NCBI GenBank assembly: GCA_038244115.1
Contig: JBBRTU010000001.1
Location: 150,632-214,631 of the forward strand
Direction of reading: 5' to 3'
Length of the DNA: 64,000 nucleotides
Source of the DNA: Burkholderiales bacterium
GTDB lineage: Bacteria > Pseudomonadota > Gammaproteobacteria > Burkholderiales > JBBRTU01
The notes below the pieces were generated by a model. That model was not told the origin of the DNA and searched no databases. It saw only the letters and a list, made by a program, of their open reading frames with translations. Shown here piece after piece: positions 24,845 through 32,199 of the stretch (position 1 is the first letter of the stretch; every line of letters begins with the position of its first letter). A program made the translations under genes and the position numbers.

Positions 24845-26405
24845 TAGTCTAAAGCGAGTTCGATGCGCACATGACGGAAGCATCGACCTTGACACCGTCG
24901 ACGGATTGGTGAGATCAATGGCATTGGCGGTCGAGGCCATGCATGATCGTGAGGAGATGAAAAAGTCCGCTTCCCTTGCGGAGATACAAACAATCTATTT
25001 CGAGTTTTTAGAGAAAAATTTCGGCCAATTCCACGAAATCATGGTTGATCGTAGATTGTCGCCACATGATGCCGGAGTTGCGCTTTCACGGACTCCGACT
25101 ACTATCGCTGAACTGATCGGGAACTTGCCAGGCTTTCTCTCGACAATCGATGAATTCTGGTCTTCAACTGGTCCTATCGCCATTGCTCATGTTGAGGATA
25201 TGCAAGACTCTCTCAAGGGTATATTTGGCGGTGACTTATTCCCGTCAGCCAACGAGAACATCGCTTCGAAGTGCGGCCTGTATACTGACACGCTCGTTCT
25301 GCCCGATCCCTATCTGCGATCAAAGCACATCTTCGAACGCGCTACTGATGAGAAAAAAGCTTACTATCTGATTAAGCACGCTCTGAATCTGCTTCAGTAC
25401 AAGGAGCTTGCTTGCGCCGACGTCACCCCTCCAATTGTCGTTGTGCTCCCAGATACCTCCGTCATCGAGGAAGGAGAACGAGATTTCTTCTATCGCCTTA
25501 GCCAGAACGATGCCCTGATTCACACATCACGAGTCTTTGGTCGCAAATTCGAATCCTTCGACGAGTTAATGGAATTCTGTGAACAACTAGACACCATCGA
25601 ACGCGCAGCTGCGGAGATCAAAGACCATGATCGCGTCCTTTTCGATACCGAATGGAAGGGAACAGTATCTGAACAGCTTGAGCGTGCCACAAAAGACTCG
25701 GTCTATTCAAATCTTCTAGGGACTACGAATCCTGGGCTAATTTTGGCATCCCAAGCAATTGGCCGAATGAGCACCAGCAATGAGCTTCTGGTTAAGGCTC
25801 GACGCCTGCGCGGCACTCCAATCATTGACGCCCCCACATCTTGGCAGTATTTGGTGTGGAAGCTTGAATACGACGCAGGGCATACTGAGGAGATCGAGGG
25901 GTTGAAGGATTTACACGTCGTACGGGGCCTGCAAACACTCGCGGAGAATGACATGCAATGGCTCGGCAGAATCCCATCCGAGGCACTTCTTGAAGTTCGA
26001 AAGACTGGGGCGCTTGGCGAGGTTCGAGCTATTCTCACCAAAGGGGTCGAAGAGTTAGCAATGGTCAATCCAACCAATTTCCATCGCACGAGCGACATTG
26101 TATTTGACAATATCCATGCGGCGTTCTCAGAGCATAGAAAGAACATTGATGCTCTCGTGGCGAAGAAATGGAAATTCGCCGGTAGCGATCTTGGGTCATG
26201 GTTAGTTGTTGGCTCGCTGGCGGTGACAGCTGCATCGACCGGTACGCCCGTATGGGGTCTTGCTGCAATAGCAGCAGACCAAGCTCTTCGCGCTCCCAAG
26301 TTACGAGATATCCCACAATCAATTAAGGACCTGGCAACTGAAACAAGCAAACTTAAGCGTTCTCCAGTGGGAATGCTCTTCAGGATGAGCAAAGGTGCGG
26401 CATAA
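24801..26405 (+). CDS. Large hypothetical protein with C-terminal hydrophobic segment(s); no family recognised
   Basis: 534 aa from the TTG start in the ORF track. ATG 24919 (preceded by GGTGAG) is an alternative start. The C-terminus has TM-like LGSWLVVGSLAVTAASTGTPVWGLAAIAA. No P-loop or nuclease motif was seen. AT-richer than neighbouring core genes in hand counts. Confidence 0.6.
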   Translation: MTLARCASPKGFSIDSLKRVRCAHDGSIDLDTVDGLVRSMALAVEAMHDREEMKKSASLAEIQTIYFEFLEKNFGQFHEIMVDRRLSPHDAGVALSRTPTTIAELIGNLPGFLSTIDEFWSSTGPIAIAHVEDMQDSLKGIFGGDLFPSANENIASKCGLYTDTLVLPDPYLRSKHIFERATDEKKAYYLIKHALNLLQYKELACADVTPPIVVVLPDTSVIEEGERDFFYRLSQNDALIHTSRVFGRKFESFDELMEFCEQLDTIERAAAEIKDHDRVLFDTEWKGTVSEQLERATKDSVYSNLLGTTNPGLILASQAIGRMSTSNELLVKARRLRGTPIIDAPTSWQYLVWKLEYDAGHTEEIEGLKDLHVVRGLQTLAENDMQWLGRIPSEALLEVRKTGALGEVRAILTKGVEELAMVNPTNFHRTSDIVFDNIHAAFSEHRKNIDALVAKKWKFAGSDLGSWLVVGSLAVTAASTGTPVWGLAAIAADQALRAPKLRDIPQSIKDLATETSKLKRSPVGMLFRMSKGAA

Positions 26406-26411
26406 CCTCTC

Positions 26412-27191
26412 ATGGACAAGGAAATACTGATCAACGATTTTGCAACTCGCTCTTTCCGCGAAGTTGCCGACTATGACTACATTGCTGCACGAATGGCATA
26501 TCGTGCGAAATTGGTCCCGCAGTTCCTTTGGTCCAGCCTTCAGTCAATCGAGAAGTATCTCAAATGTATTCTTCTGCTCAATCGCATCAAGGCGCGTTCG
26601 GTCGGTCATGACCTCAGCACTGCTCTCGATCTATTGAAGAAGCATGCCCCTTTCGAGTTGCGTTTGCAGAAGCCAAGTCTCGACTTAATAGCGCACCTTG
26701 ATACCTACGGACGCTTTCGATATCTAGAAACTCCATTCCACGTCATGGGATTGGAAATCATGCAACTTGACATGGCTGTCTGGGACATAAGGCGATACTG
26801 CCAAGTGCTTGACTATGAAATCAGTCTGCCTAACGGTGAGAAGAAACAGATGCTTGATATTGAAATTCGAACTATTGTGCATAGTGAAACCAAGCCGCCG
26901 CAGTCGTATTCGCTCATCGGCGGCGCTCTTGAAAAAATCATTGCTGACAAGACGCACCCTGCAAGGGAGCCTTTACTTTGGCAGAACTTGTTTTTTGGTC
27001 AGCGCGCTCGAAAGCGCGTTCGTCTTCGGCGCTACATGCACACTACGAACTCTCCGCTTTCCTTGCATCCAGAAATTCTGGAAGACGTTCTACAGTTTGT
27101 CTTCCTACCTAAGGATGTAATCAATGCATACCGCAGAGAACTAACCCTGCGCTCAACTAGTTCTGTGCGAAAAGCCGCGCCAGCCGGTTAA
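26412..27191 (+). CDS. HEPN-like helical protein with unknown C-terminal half
   Basis: 259 aa starting 7 nt after the upstream stop. The N-terminal pattern ADYDYIAARMAYRAKL...SLQSIEKYLKCILLLNRIKARSVGHDLSTALDLL resembles HEPN (EK-x-LK ... HDL). Assigned by eye only. Confidence 0.5.
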   Translation: MDKEILINDFATRSFREVADYDYIAARMAYRAKLVPQFLWSSLQSIEKYLKCILLLNRIKARSVGHDLSTALDLLKKHAPFELRLQKPSLDLIAHLDTYGRFRYLETPFHVMGLEIMQLDMAVWDIRRYCQVLDYEISLPNGEKKQMLDIEIRTIVHSETKPPQSYSLIGGALEKIIADKTHPAREPLLWQNLFFGQRARKRVRLRRYMHTTNSPLSLHPEILEDVLQFVFLPKDVINAYRRELTLRSTSSVRKAAPAG

Positions 27192-27567
27192 TTCTCACGT
27201 TGAACGGCTCTTTTCGGAAGCCTTAAGGTCGGTTCAGTGTCCAGACTGTGTAAAAACGCCAATTTGGATCTATGCCGATTAAATATCTTTTCTTATAAAA
27301 CGCGCTACATTTAATTTTCTTGGTATCGGGAATGGTCAAGGCAACCCTGAAATCGAATGGATTTTGAGTTTTTACACAACCTGTGTCGATAGCGAAAATT
27401 CCTGTTTCCCCAAAGCTGCCGTTCCTAAGAGGCGGCAAGTCACCGAACTCGCAATCGATTTTTGATGATTATAATTTGCTGGAATTCGAGCGGGACGCAG
27501 GACATTTGTTACAGGTTTTATTTCCTCTATCACCACGGCAAAAAAATTTTGTGAATTCAATGAAATC

Positions 27568-27921
27568 TCACTCTAACAAGTGGTAGCCCGCGCTCGCTGG
27601 TGAGACAACCGAGACAAACAAAAACGGTACAAGGCTATGGTTGATGGCGCCGTGTACTTGTCCCGCGCGAGCCACGACGATGTGTCCCTGCAAAATGGGG
27701 TAGGTTGATTCCGCGTCATCCAGAATATAGTCGGCTTGGCCGGACAGGACGATCCAGGTGTCCTGCCCGGCCGGATGCACATGCGGGCGAATGCGTTGGC
27801 CCGGTAGCACATACCACATGACCACGACCGAATCATCGGACTCGGTCACCACGGATCGAATCGGCTCATCAGTCGATGGTTGAATGAACTTGATGCTTTC
27901 GAAAATTCGAGGTGAGATCAT
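27568..27921 (-). CDS. Cupin-domain protein
   Basis: 117 aa with cupin motifs G-x5-H-x-H (PGQRIRPHVHPAGQD) and G-x5-P-x-G-x2-H-like (ARAGQVHGAIN). Confidence 0.8.
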   Translation of the reverse strand: MISPRIFESIKFIQPSTDEPIRSVVTESDDSVVVMWYVLPGQRIRPHVHPAGQDTWIVLSGQADYILDDAESTYPILQGHIVVARAGQVHGAINHSLVPFLFVSVVSPASAGYHLLE

Positions 27922-28065
27922 GTTATTGATGCTTCCCTATTCCAAGACACATGGATTTGTTCCCCCCGTGCTGCCGTACACCCTAGGCGATTTAGCACTA
28001 TAAATCCCCCCTAGCCCCCCTTTGCAAAGTGGGGAACTGTCAGTTAGGAGTATTTATGACAGCTT

Positions 28066-28854
28066 CTAAGCCGCCCGCAACTGACGCCGGTACAGGAAAT
28101 CCAGCACCGCGCTGCGATATTCGTGATACTTCGAATCATTAGCCAGCGCCAAGCGGTCGCGCGGGCGTTCCAGCTTTACTTCCAGCACTTCGCCGATGGT
28201 TGCCGCTGGGCCGTTGGTCATCATCACGATCTTGTCGGACAGCAACACTGCCTCGTCTACGTCGTGCGTAACCATGATCACGGTGCTGTGCGTATCCTGC
28301 GCGATCTTCATCAGCTCGTCCTGCAGGTGGGCGCGAGTCAGCGCATCGAGCGCACCGAATGGTTCGTCCAGCAACAACACTTTTGGTTGCATGCATAGCG
28401 CGCGGGCGATGCCAACACGCTGCTTCATGCCGCCGGAAATTTCATGCGGATATTTGGCTTCTGCATGCGTCAGCCCAACCAGGCTAAGCGCGTCATGCGT
28501 GCGTTTTACCATACTGGATTTGGTTTCCTTGGCAGCGAATACACGCTCGACGGCCAGGTAAACATTATCAAAACAGGTGAGCCAGGGCAGCAGTGAATGG
28601 TTCTGGAATACCACCGCACGGTCTGGGCCAGGGCCGGCAATTTCCTTGTCTGCGCAGAGCATAATGCCCGAGCTAGGTGTAGTGAGCCCCGCCACCAGAT
28701 TGAGCAGCGTGGACTTGCCGCAACCTGAGTGACCGATCAACGAAACGAACTCGCCCTGGCGGATGTTGAGGTTGATATCACGCAACGCGACGAACGGGCC
28801 TTTCTTGGTTTGAAAGGTCATTTGCACGTTTTCGATTTGCACATATTTTTCCAT
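28066..28854 (-). CDS. nrtD: ABC transporter ATP-binding protein (nitrate/sulfonate/bicarbonate family)
   Basis: 262 aa with Walker A GHSGCGKST, signature ISGGMKQR and Walker B VLLLDEP. Confidence 0.92.
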   Translation of the reverse strand: MEKYVQIENVQMTFQTKKGPFVALRDINLNIRQGEFVSLIGHSGCGKSTLLNLVAGLTTPSSGIMLCADKEIAGPGPDRAVVFQNHSLLPWLTCFDNVYLAVERVFAAKETKSSMVKRTHDALSLVGLTHAEAKYPHEISGGMKQRVGIARALCMQPKVLLLDEPFGALDALTRAHLQDELMKIAQDTHSTVIMVTHDVDEAVLLSDKIVMMTNGPAATIGEVLEVKLERPRDRLALANDSKYHEYRSAVLDFLYRRQLRAA

Positions 28855-28871
28855 GAGAACACTCCTTTTCT

Positions 28872-28940
28872 ACCACGGGGATCACGGGGGACACGGGGTA
28901 AAGAATCTGCATTTCCCCGTGCTCCCCGTGTGCCCCGTGG
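28872..28940. repeat. CCACGGGG-type compound palindrome inside the nrtB-nrtD gap
   Basis: CCACGGGG-ATCACGGGG-GACACGGGG, then a 20-nt loop, then CCCCGTG-CTCCCCGTG-TGCCCCGTGG. A second copy lies at 57112-57229. Confidence 0.85.
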
Positions 28941-28948
28941 TTAATCAA

Positions 28949-29851
28949 TCATTCGTAACTAAACCGTTTAGCCAGCGACACCAGCGCCATTTCCAGCAAC
29001 AGTCCGACAATGCCGACGATAAAAATCGCGATGATGATGTGTTCGACATTCAGGTTGTTCCACTCGTCCCATACCCAGAAGCCGATGCCGACGCCGCCGG
29101 TGAGCATTTCAGCCGCGACGATCACCAGCCAGGCCACGCCAATGGACAGGCGCACACCGGTGAGCATGTAGGGCAGCACGGCGGGGAATAAAATTTTGGT
29201 GAAGATTTTCCACTCGGACAGGTTCAACACTTTAGCCACGTTCATGTAATCCTGCGGCACGCGACTGACACCCACGGAAGTGTTAATGATCATCGGCCAG
29301 ATACTGGAAATGAAGATTACCCAGATTGCCGCCGGGTTCGCCGCCTTGAACACCAACAGACCAATCGGCAACCAGGCCAATGGCGACACCGGGCGCAGCA
29401 GGCTGATGATGGGCGATGTCATGGCGTTGAGAAATTTGAACCGGCCGATCATGAAGCCAAGCGGAATGCCGATCGCCGCTGCCATGCCGAAGCCGATGCT
29501 GACACGTTGCAGCGAGTTGAGAATGTTCCAGCCGATGCCCTGATCATTGGGGCTTTTAACATAGAACGGGTCGCTGAACAGTTGCACGGCAGAGTGCCAG
29601 GTCTTGACCGGGCCGGGCAGGTTGGGGCTGGTTTGCGACACAATCGCCCATATGCTGATAAACAGCGCCAGACCAAGAACCGGCGGTAACAGCCAGAGCA
29701 AAATATCCTTGCCCATGCCGCCCACAGAACGTCCTGGAACGATAGGCTGTTCAGCCGTTTTCAAGACGGGCTTAACAGCAAGCGGTGCAGGAGGAACGAC
29801 GCTTTTCGCTTCCATGATGTCATCTTCATTTATGAGAATAGCTGTAGTCAT
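28949..29851 (-). CDS. nrtB: ABC transporter permease (NrtB/CmpB family)
   Basis: 300 aa with BPD-transporter TM pattern, located between nrtA and nrtD. Confidence 0.92.
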   Translation of the reverse strand: MTTAILINEDDIMEAKSVVPPAPLAVKPVLKTAEQPIVPGRSVGGMGKDILLWLLPPVLGLALFISIWAIVSQTSPNLPGPVKTWHSAVQLFSDPFYVKSPNDQGIGWNILNSLQRVSIGFGMAAAIGIPLGFMIGRFKFLNAMTSPIISLLRPVSPLAWLPIGLLVFKAANPAAIWVIFISSIWPMIINTSVGVSRVPQDYMNVAKVLNLSEWKIFTKILFPAVLPYMLTGVRLSIGVAWLVIVAAEMLTGGVGIGFWVWDEWNNLNVEHIIIAIFIVGIVGLLLEMALVSLAKRFSYE

Positions 29852-29862
29852 GCAATGCTCCT

Positions 29863-31149
29863 TTACACTCTAACCTTGAAACTGGCGGCATAGGCCTTCG
29901 GATTTTTCCCATCCCATACCGTGCCGTCGATCAGCTTGCTACTGCGCATCACATCCTTCGGCACAGGCGTTTTGGTCATGCTGGCCGCCTGTTTGTAGAG
30001 ATCAATCTGATTTACCTTCTTGGCCACGGCCAGATAATCCGGATCTTCCTTGAGCAAGCCCCAGCGCTTGTGCTGGGTGAGGAACCACATGCCGTCGGAT
30101 AGATAAGGGAAGTTCACCGCGCCATCGCTATAAAATTTCATGTAGTTTTGATCCTGCCATTTCTTGCCGATGCCGTTGTCGTACTTACCAAGCATGCGGT
30201 CTTCGATGGAATCGAAATCGGTGTTGATGTAGGACTTGTCCTTGATGATGTCGGCCACCTTGGAACGGTTGCTCATGGTGTCGATAAACTTGGATGCGTC
30301 CAGTAAGGCGGCAATCATGGCGCGTGCAGTATTCGGGTACTTTTGCACGAATTCAGCGGTGGTGCCGAGCACTTTTTCCGGGTGATCCTGCCAAACCTCC
30401 TGCGTGGTGGCCGCAGTGAAACCGACCTTATCGCGTATGGCGCGTGCGTTCCATGGCTCACCCACACAAAAGCCGTCCATGTTACCGATGCGCATGTTGG
30501 CAATCATCTGCGGCGGCGGCACAGTAATGTTCTTTACATCAGTGAAAGGATTCACGCCATAGCTGGCCAGCCAGTAATACAGCCACATGGCATGCGTACC
30601 TGTCGGGAAGGTCTGGGCAAAAGTGTATTCGCGTGGTTCTTTCTTGATCTGCGCGGCAAGACTGACGCCATCCTTCACGCCTTTGGCATATAGCTGATTG
30701 GATAGACTGATGGCTTGGCCGTTGTGGTTGATAGCCATGAGTACCGACATATCTTTCTTCGGTCCGCCGATACCGAGTTGCACGCCATAAATCAGGCCAT
30801 ACAGTACGTGAGAGGCATCCAGTTCACCATTCACCAGTTTGTCGCGTACGCCAGCCCAGGAAGCTTCCTTGGAAGGCGTGATTTTGATGCCGTATTTTTT
30901 GTCGAAGCCCATCACCGAAGCAATTACTACCGAGGCGCAATCGGTCAGCGGAATAAAGCCGATTTTCACCTCGGTTTTTTCTGGGGCATCCGAGCCGGCT
31001 GCCCATGCGCCACTCCTTACGCCCGGCGGAACCATCGCCATCAGTGCAGCGCCACCGAGCAGTGCCGTGCTTTTCTTCAGAAAATCGCGGCGCTCGCTGT
31101 TTTCTACCAATTGATGTGTCGATTTCTTTTGATCGTGCTGCTTGTTCAT
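29863..31149 (-). CDS. nrtA: Nitrate ABC transporter substrate-binding protein with Tat signal
   Basis: 428 aa with the twin-arginine leader SERRDFLKKSTALLGGAALMA and an NrtA/CmpA-like body. Confidence 0.92.
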   Translation of the reverse strand: MNKQHDQKKSTHQLVENSERRDFLKKSTALLGGAALMAMVPPGVRSGAWAAGSDAPEKTEVKIGFIPLTDCASVVIASVMGFDKKYGIKITPSKEASWAGVRDKLVNGELDASHVLYGLIYGVQLGIGGPKKDMSVLMAINHNGQAISLSNQLYAKGVKDGVSLAAQIKKEPREYTFAQTFPTGTHAMWLYYWLASYGVNPFTDVKNITVPPPQMIANMRIGNMDGFCVGEPWNARAIRDKVGFTAATTQEVWQDHPEKVLGTTAEFVQKYPNTARAMIAALLDASKFIDTMSNRSKVADIIKDKSYINTDFDSIEDRMLGKYDNGIGKKWQDQNYMKFYSDGAVNFPYLSDGMWFLTQHKRWGLLKEDPDYLAVAKKVNQIDLYKQAASMTKTPVPKDVMRSSKLIDGTVWDGKNPKAYAASFKVRV

Positions 31150-31166
31150 CGTGTGCTCCTTATGCC

Positions 31167-31214
31167 AAAAAAAATGCGTCCATTCCTGCGAAAGTGTTTC
31201 GCCTGAATGGACGC
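31167..31214 (-). terminator. Intrinsic terminator in the nrtA leader (target of antitermination)
   Basis: Minus strand reads GCGTCCATTC-(19 nt)-GAATGGACGC followed by A-T8. It lies 17 nt upstream of the nrtA ATG. Confidence 0.8.
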
Positions 31215-31244
31215 CGTTGTCCGTGCAGAGCCGTCGTTGGCTCT
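31209..31244 (-). promoter_or_regulatory. ANTAR-type dual hexaloop RNA motif (NasT target)
   Basis: Minus strand reads AGAGCC-AACGAC-GGCTCT GCAC GGAC-AACGGC-GTCC. Both loops are 6 nt with A at position 1 and G at position 4. The 3' arm of hairpin 2 is the 5' arm of the terminator. Confidence 0.72.
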
Positions 31245-31280
31245 TGATGCAGCGCTTGTGCAGCGTTGCCTTGATGTCTA

Positions 31281-31300
31281 CTTAGCAAGTGCTATGCCAG
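31281..31300 (-). promoter_or_regulatory. Sigma-54 promoter of the nrtABD operon
   Basis: Minus strand CTGGCATAGCACTTGCTAAG equals TGGCAT-N5-TTGCT. Confidence 0.65.
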
Positions 31301-31387
31301 GTGCCAGATAATCTAGTCAACCTGCTGATAACAATTGGAGATATCGGTTTTCTGCAGTGCGCGTGCGGATAGCGCAGACACCATGAA

Positions 31388-31404
31388 GTGCTTCGATATG
31401 GTGC
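31388..31404 (-). promoter_or_regulatory. Candidate enhancer site shared with the nirB promoter
   Basis: Minus strand GCACCATATCGAAGCAC lies about 90 nt upstream of the -24 element. The nirB copy at 11540-11556 has the same spacing and orientation. Confidence 0.45.
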
Positions 31405-31437
31405 ATGTTGCTGCAAAACGGTGCCAAATTGAATCCA

Positions 31438-32013
31438 TCAAATCAGCAGATCAGCCGCCGCAATAATGTTGCTGGCCACTTCGCCGATACGCTGGCCGCG
31501 GTCCATCGCCATTTTGCGCAATGCCTGGTACGCCTGTTCCTCATTCCAGTTGCGCTGTTTCATCAATATGCCCTTGGCACGATCGATGATTTTCCGCTCC
31601 CCAAGCCGGGCTTCTGCGTCCTCCAGGTTGTGGCGCATGGTCTGGAATTCTTTGAATCGGGCCAGTGCCACTTCCATCAGCGGCTTGACACGTTCGCTAT
31701 CCAAGCCATCCACTACATAGGCGCTCACCCCGGCGCGAATGGCGGCGCGAATCTTTCCGCGGTCGTCGTCGTGGGTGAACATCACGATGGGACACGGCTG
31801 TTCACGGCTGATCACGCAGATGTGCTCCAGCGTGTCACGGCTGGGAGAATCGGTATCGATAATGATCACGTCCGGATTAAGGCTGTCCACCTGCTTGAGC
31901 AGATCGCTGGTGGTCGAAGATTCGGCGATCACCTGATAGCCAGCGTGCTGCAAGGCTTCGCGCAGGAGCGCGGTGCGTTCGGTGGACTCATCAACGATCA
32001 TGACGCGTAACAT
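31438..32013 (-). CDS. nasT: ANTAR-domain response regulator (nitrate antiterminator)
   Basis: 191 aa with a receiver domain (VMIVDES...IIIDTD) plus a C-terminal ANTAR helix pattern (KIIDRAKGILMKQRNWNEEQAYQALRKMAMDR). Confidence 0.92.
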   Translation of the reverse strand: MLRVMIVDESTERTALLREALQHAGYQVIAESSTTSDLLKQVDSLNPDVIIIDTDSPSRDTLEHICVISREQPCPIVMFTHDDDRGKIRAAIRAGVSAYVVDGLDSERVKPLMEVALARFKEFQTMRHNLEDAEARLGERKIIDRAKGILMKQRNWNEEQAYQALRKMAMDRGQRIGEVASNIIAAADLLI

Positions 32014-32199
32014 GTTTGCCTGCTGTAATTACCAAGATACTCTACTACCCAGCAATTATTGTTCCAGCAGCGTAGCACCGCGAGTAATGATGGAAAGTAA
32101 TGAAAAGCGGAGGGTATTGCAGTTCAGGAACGTGCAGTCAGTGACGGTGGCGCACTTACTTAGTGCGGCCCGAGTCGATGGGTTGGGTACTGCGATTTC

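Noticed and set aside
25703-26434. 243-aa minus-strand ORF inside the AT-richer cassette
   Set aside because: It overlaps the 3' half of the 534-aa plus-strand ORF, which is longer and tightly coupled to the downstream gene. The minus-strand product is Ser/Arg/Ala-rich with no start context. A residual possibility remains because neither frame has a recognised family.
27223-27560. Two overlapping short minus-strand ORFs (71 and 62 aa) in the AT-rich spacer
   Set aside because: No recognisable family and different frames. They may be fragments of a decayed gene, but I cannot support a call.
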